Positions 1 through 9,243 of a stretch of DNA of 64,000 nucleotides are shown piece after piece (position 1 is the stretch's first letter; each line of letters starts with the position of its first letter). The stretch lies in the IMG/VR virus record IMGVR_UViG_2887198475_000005, positions 4,425-68,424 of that record. One strand, 5' to 3'. A program made the position numbers and the translations under genes. This DNA comes from a virus. Lineage: Duplodnaviria; Caudoviricetes. The notes under the pieces were generated by a model, which had not been told where the DNA came from, ran no database searches, and was given only the letters and a program-made list of their open reading frames with translations.

Positions 1-178
1 TCATCAACGGGACCACGGGCGTGCCGGGCGAGGGGCTCGATGACTTCCTGCGCTCCTACTTGATCGGGACCGACCGTGCCGACGAAGCGAAGCGACTGCG
101 CCAGGATCGCCACCGGATCGTGCAGCTGATCCAGCAGGAAGTGCTCGATTACACGCGCTGGGAGGATGTCGTGGCCGA

Positions 179-991
179 GTGCCTCGGACAGTAGGCGTAC
201 GACGCGGCCGGGCCGGGAGGCCACCCATGCCACCACTATCTGCGCGCGAGGTCGTCGCCCGGATTGCTCCACCGCCGGGCGGTGATAGCCCGACCGTCAA
301 GGAAATCCGATACCAACTCCGCCTGCGGAAATGGAGCTGGTTCGACCCAACACTGACTGCGGAACCAGGCATCCTCCAATTGCCGGATTGGCAGTTCTGC
401 GCCACCCGACGGGTGGACGACGACCCCACCCCGCGCTTCGAGTGGGACGGCAAGACCGAACACGCGTGCGCATGCGACTTCGTTTCCGTAAGAAATGCCC
501 TACAAGAATGCGACGCCCTACTCATCGAATCCCCGCACCGCTCAGAGTACGCGGATCGCGGGAGGGGCGAGGCCCTCGGACCACTACGCGACACGGAGGT
601 AAACCGAGTCGTTCTCAACCGCCTTCCCGGGCTGCTGGAGAAGGTCGCCCGGCATGTTCCGGACGGCGTAGCGGGTGGATTCAGGATCGCCGTCGTCAAC
701 GCGGTGCAATACCAAACGAGCTTGGCTGCGTGCACGGCCAAGCCAAGGTGCGCCATCAACAAGGCGGTGCGCGACCGGACGTGGCATGCTCTCTTTGACC
801 TACCAGAGATCCGCGACGACCTGGACCGCCGCCTGCGGAAGATGGCACCACGACTGATCCTCGTTGCGTCTACCTCTCGCACCCAGGACCGCTTGGTTGC
901 GTTCCTGCGGGAACGGAGTTTCCGGTTTCTCGCGCTGGATCGACACCCGTCCGGGTGGTGGCGGGCCGAGCCAAAGATCGTGCCCCTCTGA
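179..991 (+). CDS. Putative uracil-DNA glycosylase superfamily protein
   Basis: LLIESPH (motif A-like) and HPSGW (motif B-like) at UDG-like spacing. The start may be the ATG at 227. Confidence 0.45.
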   Translation: MPRTVGVRRGRAGRPPMPPLSAREVVARIAPPPGGDSPTVKEIRYQLRLRKWSWFDPTLTAEPGILQLPDWQFCATRRVDDDPTPRFEWDGKTEHACACDFVSVRNALQECDALLIESPHRSEYADRGRGEALGPLRDTEVNRVVLNRLPGLLEKVARHVPDGVAGGFRIAVVNAVQYQTSLAACTAKPRCAINKAVRDRTWHALFDLPEIRDDLDRRLRKMAPRLILVASTSRTQDRLVAFLRERSFRFLALDRHPSGWWRAEPKIVPL

Positions 992-1174
992 GGCTCCGAG
1001 GCATCTCCGTCCTTCCGGTCGGCGCCGCCGCATGGGCGCAGGCCGCCATTGTCAACACTGTCAACATTGGAGCCGGCGGCCATCATCCTGGTCGCCGGCT
1101 GCCGTTCCTGGACGTCTGCGTGTTGACGGCGAACCTTTGAATCACGGGCGCCCACGCTCCCGACGGAGGTCCGC

Positions 1175-2161
1175 ATGAACACCTCGACGCCCTCTGCCGC
1201 AACGCTCGCCACATACGCTGAGCGCGCGACCGCACTCGTCGCTCGCTGGAGACGTGAGGCGGGCCTTCCGGCCGACGCCGCCCCAGATCCGGTGAAGGTC
1301 GCCGAATGGCTCGTCGGCCTTCGGCCAACCATGTCCAAGGCCACGTGGCGCATCTACCGGCAGTCGGTCAGGTACGGGTTGCTGGCGCAGATGGATGATC
1401 CAGCGGTGCTGACGGCCGAGACGCTCCTCCGCGAGCCGTACGACCCGCGGATGCCGCGTCCGCCGCGGCAGGATTCCAGCCTGCGTGAGCGATCCATCCC
1501 GCCCCAGGACGCCGAGAAGCTTACCGTGTTCCTGATGCACTTCTCCCGGCATTCGCATGCCCATGCGACGGCCGACTGGCTCGCGGCTGGCATCGCGACC
1601 GGGCTGCGCCCCTGCGAATGGCCTTCCGCCTTCTTGGAAGGGAAAACCTTGCACGTTCTGAATGCCAAGCGGCGGGAAGGCGTCGGCAATGGCGACTGGC
1701 GGACCCTCGATCTCTCCCCGCTACCGGAGGAAGCGATGGGCGCCGTGCACCGCATGCTCGGCAACGCCAAGCGGTGGTCGGATTCCGGCACGTACGAGGA
1801 CCACCATCTCGCCTGCGCGGGAGCCCTGCGTGAGGCATGCCGCCGGATCTGGCAAGGCCGACGGCACTACACGCTGGTGTCCGCGCGCCACCAGACAGCG
1901 ACCGCAGCTCGGGCGGGCGGCGCTACGCGGACGGAAATCGCAGCGCTCCTGGGCCATGCCGCAACCCGGACGACCTCCCGCTATGGGCGCCGCATCAGGT
2001 TCTCGGGCGGCTGTGCCGTGCCGCGGCCCGCTGTCCACGAGGTGGCGAGCGTGCGCGACAACGCGCGCCTGAGGCACCCCGGGATGTCCAGGGCATGCGT
2101 TGCAGCCGAAAGCGCTGATGCTGTCAGTGAGTTTCCCGAGGGTGCCCATAGGATGATTTGA
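1175..2161 (+). CDS. Tyrosine recombinase/integrase family protein
   Basis: TGLRPCE (R), NAK (K), LVSARHQ (HxxR variant), LLGH and RYGRR (Tyr). GGAGG RBS upstream. Confidence 0.85.
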   Translation: MNTSTPSAATLATYAERATALVARWRREAGLPADAAPDPVKVAEWLVGLRPTMSKATWRIYRQSVRYGLLAQMDDPAVLTAETLLREPYDPRMPRPPRQDSSLRERSIPPQDAEKLTVFLMHFSRHSHAHATADWLAAGIATGLRPCEWPSAFLEGKTLHVLNAKRREGVGNGDWRTLDLSPLPEEAMGAVHRMLGNAKRWSDSGTYEDHHLACAGALREACRRIWQGRRHYTLVSARHQTATAARAGGATRTEIAALLGHAATRTTSRYGRRIRFSGGCAVPRPAVHEVASVRDNARLRHPGMSRACVAAESADAVSEFPEGAHRMI

Positions 2162-2163
2162 GG

Positions 2164-2347
2164 CGTGCAACACCTCTTCGCCGCCTGGTAACGCCAGTTC
2201 GACGCCGTGCAACACTTCTTCGAAGTCCGTGCAACACCTTTCCGCAGCCGTGCAACACAAAGGGTGTCGTTCGGGCGCACGGCGACAGCCCGGCACATGC
2301 ACGGCAAAATACCGTGCAGCACACGGTAAGCCACTGTAATTGCACGG
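2164..2347. repeat. Phased CGTGCAACAC direct repeats plus inverted half-sites (iteron- or recombination-site-like)
   Basis: Exact copies at 2164, 2206, 2228 and 2249; degenerate copy at 2185; TGCACGG-N7-CCGTGCA at 2298-2318; TTGCACGG at 2340-2347. Confidence 0.85.
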
Positions 2348-2408
2348 CGTCGGTTTTCGCGCCCCGGACCGCCGCCAGCACCGGGCGGCATGGACGTCGA
2401 AGCCGTCT

Positions 2409-2708
2409 TCAGGAGCCGCCGGCGGTCGCGCGGGCGAGGTTGGCGCGCAGGCGCTCGAGGGACGCCATGTGTTGCTGGCGCTCCCTCACGGCGCGCTCGA
2501 GGAGCGCGGGAAGGGCGTCGCCGATCCACGCGGGCACCGGCCTTTCCCCAGCCAGCCAGCGCCGCACGAGGCGGTCGTCGATCTGTGGGCGGGGGCCCGC
2601 CGGGTGAAGCGGACCGAGGTCGCGCGCGATGGCGCGCTGCCACTCGGCGCCGTGCAGCGCCTCGCCGACGATGGCGAGGCGCGCCAGCAGGGATGGCTCC
2701 CCTGTCAC
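2409..2708 (-). CDS. Small HTH (Cro/XRE-like) DNA-binding protein
   Basis: WQRAIARDL...DRLVRRWLAGERPVP pattern. Directly follows the 2710-3402 ORF. Confidence 0.6.
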   Translation of the reverse strand: MTGEPSLLARLAIVGEALHGAEWQRAIARDLGPLHPAGPRPQIDDRLVRRWLAGERPVPAWIGDALPALLERAVRERQQHMASLERLRANLARATAGGS

Positions 2709-2709
2709 G

Positions 2710-3402
2710 TCAGTAGTCCGACGCGCCGAACGCGCTCTGCATCGCGTCCTCGGACGACGGAAGGTAGCCGATCTCGGCGACGATTTCGCGGTCCGTCATC
2801 CCCCAGCGAGCGCCGATCCCGCTGTTGCGCCGCCGGCCGCCGCCGCCGGACGGCCCACCATTCAGAGCCTGCACGACGAGGACCTTGAGCTGCGGCACGA
2901 GCTCGCGGATGGCCGGGGAAGCGGATTCCGGGAACCGCCACTTGCGAGCGGCGGCGTCCCACTTCGCCCCGGCGCTCCGCAGCAGCTCTGGCGCCCCCTT
3001 TGCGTAGCACGGCATGCTCAGCGTCGTCGCGGAGACCTCAATCTTGACGCCCGCGGCGTCCGCCGCCGCGACCTTGGCGGCGAACCGCTTCTCCGCGGCA
3101 GCCTTTGCGCGGCTGGCCTTCTCGTCGGCCGCCGCGCGGCGAGCGTCAGCCTCAGCCCGTGCCGCCGCCAGGCGCGCGGGGCCGTTGATGATGTCGTCCT
3201 CCTTCTGCGCGATGTGCGCGCGCACGGCCGGCTCGACCTCTGGCGGGAAGACGTAGTGCGTGACGAGGTTGGCCGCATCACGGCGCGAGCCGACGCGCAT
3301 GACCTTCGTCAAGTCAATGACAGCTAGAAACGCGGGGTCCGCGAACGTGACTTGCAGGCGGTCCCGCTCCGCGCTCTGCGAGATACTGTAACCGAAGTCC
3401 AT
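2710..3402 (-). CDS. Hypothetical protein with DUF5710-like motif
   Basis: GAKWDAAARKWRF motif; GGGAGG RBS. Confidence 0.6.
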   Translation of the reverse strand: MDFGYSISQSAERDRLQVTFADPAFLAVIDLTKVMRVGSRRDAANLVTHYVFPPEVEPAVRAHIAQKEDDIINGPARLAAARAEADARRAAADEKASRAKAAAEKRFAAKVAAADAAGVKIEVSATTLSMPCYAKGAPELLRSAGAKWDAAARKWRFPESASPAIRELVPQLKVLVVQALNGGPSGGGGRRRNSGIGARWGMTDREIVAEIGYLPSSEDAMQSAFGASDY

Positions 3403-3430
3403 TGATGCCTCCCAGTGGGCTTGGTTGCCC

Positions 3431-3451
3431 TGTCCCTAATGATGAGGGACA
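3431..3451. promoter_or_regulatory. Operator-like inverted repeat
   Basis: TGTCCCT-N7-AGGGACA just upstream of the leftward 3402 start. Confidence 0.4.
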
Positions 3452-3557
3452 CGACGGAAGAAAGGCAAGCATTCCGACGCAGGAAAGTTGTTGACGACAC
3501 GTGGCGTGCGCCGACGTCCTTGAGCCCTAGGCTCACCTTGGCCCATGCTTTGCGTAG

Positions 3558-3977
3558 TTGCAGCCGGGAGGCCGAGAAATGTTGACAACGGTGGAAGCGA
3601 GTAAGGTCGCCTGGCGAGTCCATGGCCCCATCGCGCGCCTCTGCGGCCGTGCCCTGCACCGCCTGGGTGGCGTGCGCGACGGGCAGCATGCCGAGATCGT
3701 CGCGGCCGCCATAGCGCGCGCCGCACTGGCCGCCGTGAAAGACGGCTGCGCGCCGGAATGCGCTGCGGCCGGCGCACTCGTGCGGTGCCTCCCGAGCGCC
3801 GACGGCAAGCATGCGGAGATGGCCGCCTGCGCCGCTGCGGCGGCCGCGCACCTGATCCACGGGCATCCTTGGGCCACTGCGGCGTCGTTTGGGGAGGCGG
3901 CGTGCGGATGGTTCTCCGAGGCGGCTGCAGAATCTCGGATGCCCGAAGCCGACAAGGGCTTGCCGTCCGCCGCGTAG
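3558..3977 (+). CDS. Hypothetical Ala-rich protein (start probably 3579)
   Basis: ORF with GGGAGG upstream of the ATG at 3579; no recognisable motif. Confidence 0.45.
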   Translation: MQPGGREMLTTVEASKVAWRVHGPIARLCGRALHRLGGVRDGQHAEIVAAAIARAALAAVKDGCAPECAAAGALVRCLPSADGKHAEMAACAAAAAAHLIHGHPWATAASFGEAACGWFSEAAAESRMPEADKGLPSAA

Positions 3978-3979
3978 GG

Positions 3980-4036
3980 CTTGCCGTGGCACGGCAAGAA
4001 TCCGGGAAGGCGAAGTCGCCAGCTATAATGTTGACA
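3980..4036 (+). promoter_or_regulatory. Palindrome plus promoter-like boxes upstream of the replication gene
   Basis: CTTGCCGT-GGC-ACGGCAAG (3980-3998), TATAAT (4024-4029), TTGACA (4031-4036). Confidence 0.45.
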
Positions 4037-4145
4037 AGGCGACTTGCTTGAGTTTCGCGCTGCTGCGTGGGCAAAATGAAAGCGCCGGGGATCATAGGGG
4101 TTGCCGCCCCTCCTCCCGGCGCCTCATTTACCAACGGTGTCGATC

Positions 4146-7100
4146 ATGTCTTCGGAAAACGAGAAAGTCAATGATGCCGCTGTAGGCATCGAAGACAGCG
4201 CACGCGCGGAAAGCAGGCCGACCGGCCAGACCACCGAAATCCTATACCAGCAGGGCGAGAGCATCTTCGGGCTCCACGGCAGGGCGCTGGTCGCCCGTGG
4301 CTGGTCGGTGTTCCCGCAGGAAGTCGACGGCCGCCGGCCGGGCCGGGTGTTCCAGCAGACCATCAAGTGGGCCGAGGACCACCACCTCCGAGATTGCCTT
4401 CCGGCTCCCGACGTCCTTGACCTCTGGTGCGGTCACTGCGCCACGCTGAACGTCGCCTGCGTGTTCGGGCCCGCGAGCGGCAACGCGTTCGCGGTCGACA
4501 TCGACTGCATGGACGAGGTCCGTTCCAACGCCATCATGGAGCTTGCCGAGGAGCACCTCGGGCCGACCACGTTCATGCGCGAGGGCCGTGCACCCAAGCT
4601 GGCGCTGCTCTACCGCACGACTCCCGGCGACATGCCGCCCTCGTTCTCGCGCAACTTCGAGGCTAGGGACGGCTTCGGGCGGCCAGAGAAATCCGGCGAC
4701 GGCCTCGAAATCCTGTCGTCGGGCAAGCTGATCACCATCTACGGCCGCCACCACAAGACGGGCAGGTATTTCCAGTGGATGTCGCCGACGGCGCAGCCGC
4801 TGACGGCGGGCCCGGAGGCGCTGCCGCTGGTGACCTCCGAGCAGGTCGCCACTTTCCTGGAGGCGGTCGCCGATAAGTTCCCGTTCTGGCATGGCACCTC
4901 AGCCCCCGCCGCCTGGGTGCAGGGTGACGCCTCGGTGCACGGCGTGCGGGGCGCCCGCATGCGTGGCGGCAGCTATCCGCGCAACGAGGACGGCCTGGTG
5001 TTCGAAGGGCGCGACGGGTTCATGCGCGACCTGGTGCTGCGCATCGTCGCGGACGCCTCCAACTGGCCCGGCGAGCCTAAGGAGCATGGCGCCGACGCGG
5101 GGCTCTTCGCGGCGTTCTGCGAGGCAGTGGAATCGTCCTTCCGCGAGGGCGCGGTCATCGACGGCCGCTGGGCCCGCGAGCGCGACCTCAAGGCGACCAT
5201 TGCCGAGAAGGTCTCGCGGACCATGCGTAACGTCGCGAGCGGGCATCTGCGGACCTACTTCGCCGGCCCGGCGCTCCCGGCCGCCGTTCCTGGGCAGGCG
5301 CTGCCCGCGCAGATGAGCGCCGCCGAGGCGTCGGCCGCCCTGACCGCGCTGGTCCGCGAGCACGTCGCGGCCGCCGCCGCCTGGGTCGCCGCCAAGCGCG
5401 TCGGCGAGCCGCCCGCCCTCGCCATCAAGGGCATGGCCTCCCTCGGCAAGACCGTCGCCATCCTGCAAGCCCTGGCGACCCCCGAGTGCGAGGGGCTGCG
5501 GGTGCTCTACGCGGCCCCGACCCTCAAGCTGGCCGAAGACGTGGCCAAGGCCGCCCGCCAGCTCGGGATCGACGTCCGTGTGCTACGGGGCCGCTCACAG
5601 CCGCGCCCGGACGACCCGGACTCCAAGATGTGCGCCAAGGCGGACATCGCCGAGATGCTCGCGCAGCTCTCCGCCCCGGTGAAGACGACCCTGTGCCGCC
5701 AGCCCTGCAAGAAGGGCGACGAGCCCAAGGAGTGCCTCTTCGCGGCGACCTGCCCCTACCTGGCGCAGATCGAGGCGCTCAAGGACCGCAAGTCCGGGCC
5801 GACCCTCTGGGTCTGCGCCCACCAGTACCTGTCGACCCCGCTGGAGGGGCTCACCGAGAAAGCCTTCGACCTCCTGGTCGTCGACGAGTCCTTCTGGCGA
5901 GCCTTGACCCGGACGGTGTCCGTCGACCCGGCGGCCTTCCTGACCGTGCGCGAGCCGGGTGAGAAGCTGCATGCCCGCAAGGGGGAGGACCGCGGCGACT
6001 TCGAGCTGCGCCGCAACGGCATGACCGTCCGGCACGCCGGGCTTCTCGACAAGGTCCGCGCCATCCTGCTGGACAACCCCCGCAAGACCATCTCGCTCGC
6101 CGACTTCCGCGCCGCCGGCCTTGACGCCGAGGAGTGCGAGTGGGCGGCGGGCTTCGAGTACACTAGGCTCGGCTCGCCGGACATCACGCCAGACATGGAC
6201 GAGGCTGAGCAGCTGGCGATTGTCTCAAGGGCACGCCGCGAGGAGGCGTTCGGCTTCGCCCGCTTCTGGCGCGTGCTCGGCGCCGAGCTTGCCCTCGAGC
6301 GAGACCAGCTGGTCGGCATCGAGCGGGTCCACGGCCGCTGGAACGAAGAGACGGAGCAGCTCGAGAACGGGATCCTACTTCACTACTCGGCGGACCCGCG
6401 CCTGACCGAGCTGCCTGTGATCCTGATCGACGCCGACCTCGACCCGGAGATCGCCTGCCGCTTCTACCCGCGTGTGCAGGGCAACATCCACGTCATCGCG
6501 GCCGCGTGGTCCCCGCGCTGCCGGGTGCGGCAGGTCGGCGAGCGCCCGGTCAGCAAGTCCATGCTGCTGGGCCGCCCCGGCTCCAAGTCCGAGACCGACC
6601 GCGCCGAGGCCCGCCGCGAGGACCTCTGGAACATGATGCTCGACATGGCCGACCGGCACGGCCACCCGTCCGACATGTCCGGCGCGACGGCCAAGGCCCG
6701 CGCCCGGCGCCCGCTGCTGATCACCTTCCTCGGCGTGCGGCAGGCTTGGGCCAAGCGGGGTCGGCTCGGCACCCCGGAGCTCCCGCTGGCGACCCCGGAC
6801 TCCCTGCCGTTCGACGTGGCCCACTTCAACGCGAATCGCGGCCTGGACGGCTGGAAGGAGACCACGGGCATCGTGGTGGCGGGCCGCCTGCAGCCGTCCG
6901 TCGGCGCCATCGAGTCCCTTGCCCGCGGCATCTTCTTCCGCGACCCCCGGCCGCTGGCGCTGCTGCCGTTCGCGCGGGACGGCCGCGGCGACCGGACGGA
7001 CGAGAAGGACTGGCCGACCACGATCCGATACATCCAGCTCCGCGACGGTCGGCGGGTGCCCGTCTCCGTTCCTGCGCACACCGACCCGCGGTGCGACGCC

Positions 7101-8396
7101 GTCCTGCTGCAGGTCCGCGACGCCGAGATCACGCAGTCCCTGGCGCGCTGCCGCCCGATCCACCGCGCCGAGGACGCGCCCTGCGAAATCGTGCTCGCCA
7201 CGAGCGTCCCTGTCGACGGACTCATCGTCGACGAGCTGGTGACCTGGAACGACCTCGTGCCGAGCAAGCTCCGCATGATGGAGGTCGAGGGCCGGGTCAT
7301 TCCCGAGAACGCGACCGACATGGCGGCGGCCTATCCCGACCTTTGGAAGAGTCCGGATGCCGTGCGGGTAGCCCGTGCCACCGCGAGGGAGAAATCGTTG
7401 ACCGCCTCGACGGCAGAGGAAAGTCTGTTGACGATAAACGTAAGCGAGTCTCCTATTATATATAGAACCGACTGGCTTACGTTTATTGCCAACAAATTTG
7501 GCGAGGTTAACAGAATTGCCCGTTGGGTGGAGGTGACCTACGACCGGGTTACCCCCGGAGGCACCCGCCATCGCCGTTCCCGCGCCGCTGTCCGGGTTCG
7601 CTCTGGCGATACGTGCGCTGACGTGCTTGGCCGGGCAAGCAAGGCGTTGCCGTTCGCCTCCCGGCTGTCCCTCGCCGACGGCGCTGCCGATGTCATTGCT
7701 CTCGCCGCCACGCCCGCCCCGGCGGCTTCCGAGCCCCCGGCCGCCGCGCCGCTCCCAGCCGCCCAGGAAGACCCACAGGCGGCCGGGAGCGAGATCCGGC
7801 TGCCGGAGGGCGTCCCGGCGCCTGCAGCGCCGCAGGCGCCCGCGAGCGCGCCGCGCAAGGGCATCCGGCGGGCCGGGCGTCCTGGCGCTGGCTCGGCGAC
7901 CGCAGGAGCCCCGGCGGCTTCGACTGTGCAGGACCGCCACCGGGTGTCCGTCCTCGACCTCATCCGGTCTGCCGCCTCGCCCGAGGACGCTGACGCGTCC
8001 ACCTCAGCCGCCCCGGTGATCGTCTCCGCCGCCCCCATGCCGATGGCCGCCGGGCATCTCGAAGCCGTCGTGGCGCCCACCGCTGCCCCGCCGGCGGTCG
8101 TGCTGGCAGGGTTCCCGGCCGTCGCCGGGGACCAGGAGGACGGTGACGACGAGGAGGGGCTGGACTGGTCGCCAGACGCCGAGCCGTTGCTCGCGGACCG
8201 CCTCGAGTGGTGCAGGGCGACCCTGCAGGCGCTGGCCGTCGAAGCGTGGGGCGACCTCAGCTACGCGCACGCTTGGCTCTACAGCGCCCACCCGGATTTC
8301 GGATGGCAGGCGCCCCTGGACGCGTGCGTGTCCGTCCGGGCGCTCGAGCGATGCCGTGCAGCCCTCGAACGGGAAACCGCCGCCACGGTCCACTGA
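4146..8396 (+). CDS. Multidomain replication protein: N-terminal Prim-Pol, helicase-like P-loop region, C-terminal MbcA/ParS/Xre-like domain
   Basis: GWSVFP, AVDID and YGRHHKTGRYFQW (Prim-Pol); GMASLGKT Walker A; Cys cluster; LVVDES Walker B; NRGLD and QSLARCR helicase-type motifs; C-terminal AWGD..AHAWL..AHPDFGWQAPLD. ATG at 4146 preferred over TTG at 4101. Confidence 0.8.
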   Translation: MSSENEKVNDAAVGIEDSARAESRPTGQTTEILYQQGESIFGLHGRALVARGWSVFPQEVDGRRPGRVFQQTIKWAEDHHLRDCLPAPDVLDLWCGHCATLNVACVFGPASGNAFAVDIDCMDEVRSNAIMELAEEHLGPTTFMREGRAPKLALLYRTTPGDMPPSFSRNFEARDGFGRPEKSGDGLEILSSGKLITIYGRHHKTGRYFQWMSPTAQPLTAGPEALPLVTSEQVATFLEAVADKFPFWHGTSAPAAWVQGDASVHGVRGARMRGGSYPRNEDGLVFEGRDGFMRDLVLRIVADASNWPGEPKEHGADAGLFAAFCEAVESSFREGAVIDGRWARERDLKATIAEKVSRTMRNVASGHLRTYFAGPALPAAVPGQALPAQMSAAEASAALTALVREHVAAAAAWVAAKRVGEPPALAIKGMASLGKTVAILQALATPECEGLRVLYAAPTLKLAEDVAKAARQLGIDVRVLRGRSQPRPDDPDSKMCAKADIAEMLAQLSAPVKTTLCRQPCKKGDEPKECLFAATCPYLAQIEALKDRKSGPTLWVCAHQYLSTPLEGLTEKAFDLLVVDESFWRALTRTVSVDPAAFLTVREPGEKLHARKGEDRGDFELRRNGMTVRHAGLLDKVRAILLDNPRKTISLADFRAAGLDAEECEWAAGFEYTRLGSPDITPDMDEAEQLAIVSRARREEAFGFARFWRVLGAELALERDQLVGIERVHGRWNEETEQLENGILLHYSADPRLTELPVILIDADLDPEIACRFYPRVQGNIHVIAAAWSPRCRVRQVGERPVSKSMLLGRPGSKSETDRAEARREDLWNMMLDMADRHGHPSDMSGATAKARARRPLLITFLGVRQAWAKRGRLGTPELPLATPDSLPFDVAHFNANRGLDGWKETTGIVVAGRLQPSVGAIESLARGIFFRDPRPLALLPFARDGRGDRTDEKDWPTTIRYIQLRDGRRVPVSVPAHTDPRCDAVLLQVRDAEITQSLARCRPIHRAEDAPCEIVLATSVPVDGLIVDELVTWNDLVPSKLRMMEVEGRVIPENATDMAAAYPDLWKSPDAVRVARATAREKSLTASTAEESLLTINVSESPIIYRTDWLTFIANKFGEVNRIARWVEVTYDRVTPGGTRHRRSRAAVRVRSGDTCADVLGRASKALPFASRLSLADGAADVIALAATPAPAASEPPAAAPLPAAQEDPQAAGSEIRLPEGVPAPAAPQAPASAPRKGIRRAGRPGAGSATAGAPAASTVQDRHRVSVLDLIRSAASPEDADASTSAAPVIVSAAPMPMAAGHLEAVVAPTAAPPAVVLAGFPAVAGDQEDGDDEEGLDWSPDAEPLLADRLEWCRATLQALAVEAWGDLSYAHAWLYSAHPDFGWQAPLDACVSVRALERCRAALERETAATVH
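7426..7494. other. Candidate replication origin: 25-bp imperfect inverted repeat with AT-rich loop
   Basis: Arms 7426-7450 and 7470-7494 match at 22/25; loop TCCTATTATATATAGAACC; sharp AT-rich island inside the GC-rich rep gene. Confidence 0.65.
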
Positions 8397-8535
8397 GGGC
8401 GGCTGTGCGCGGCGGGGCGGCGGGAAGGCGAACCGCCGCCCTGCCCCTGAAAATCAGCCAGATATGCAACAACCGCGCTTACGATTCACGGAATAGCCGC
8501 CCCGGTAACCGGGGAATCCTTGGGGGAGGGGTGAG

Positions 8536-9243
8536 ATGGCCGCGAAGCGGAAGCGGGAGCCCAAGCAGCAGTCGACGTCCACGGGCAGGCGCGTCCCCTG
8601 GCACGTTCGCCACGATGACCGCCAACCCCTGAATGGCGGCGCGCCGTCGGATGTCGCGCCCATCGAGCGCTGGGACCACGGCGAGCGCGTGGTCGCCGAA
8701 CCAGCGCCCGGTTCCCGCATCCGTGTCGAACGCGCTGGATCCGGGATCGACGCCCTCCTCGCCAACGGGACGATCGACAACCGGCTCGCCAACGCGGCCT
8801 CGCTCTGGCAGCGCGACTACGAAGGCGCGCTGTGTGTCGGGCAGGGGGCCGCTCCGGCTTCGGACCGCGTGAGAGTTGACACGTCGGTGACGGCGACGGA
8901 CGGCGGCATCGTGCGGCGGCTGGACGCCGCGACGCGTTACCGCGAAGCGTGTGCGGCCATCGGACTGCTCGGTGATGCCCTGCTGCAGCTCACGGTCGCT
9001 GCCGGGCTGTCGCTGTCGCGCCTGGAGGCTGTCCTGACGCCTTCCACCGGCGCCGCCGGCGCACTGCCGCCCGAGCTGCAGGCGGTCGCCGCGCGCGTCC
9101 GGCGGCTGAACCGCGTGGCGCTCGTCGGCGCACTCGTGGCAACCCTTGATCGCCTCGCCGACCACTACGACGCCGTTGACCGGGAACATGCCGCGGCCGC
9201 GCGCACCCGTCGGGCGGCTGCGGGGCGGGGAGACGCGGCATGA
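8536..9243 (+). CDS. DUF6456-like putative transcriptional activator
   Basis: LLANGTID...QRDYE...YREACAAIG...GLSL...LDRLADHY pattern; lies right after the replication gene; GGGGAGG RBS. Confidence 0.55.
   Translation: MAAKRKREPKQQSTSTGRRVPWHVRHDDRQPLNGGAPSDVAPIERWDHGERVVAEPAPGSRIRVERAGSGIDALLANGTIDNRLANAASLWQRDYEGALCVGQGAAPASDRVRVDTSVTATDGGIVRRLDAATRYREACAAIGLLGDALLQLTVAAGLSLSRLEAVLTPSTGAAGALPPELQAVAARVRRLNRVALVGALVATLDRLADHYDAVDREHAAAARTRRAAAGRGDAA

Noticed and set aside
4-1353. 449-aa minus-strand ORF
   Set aside because: Arg/Ser/Ala-rich shadow of the plus-strand genes with no motifs.
1175-2161. Recombinase as a protelomerase of a linear phage-plasmid
   Set aside because: It has GLRPxE rather than the GRR..E motif of telomere resolvases, and no long palindrome lies next to it.
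2164-2258. Repeat cluster as a CRISPR array
   Set aside because: Repeats are 10 bp with 11-12 bp spacers, far too short, and no cas genes are present.
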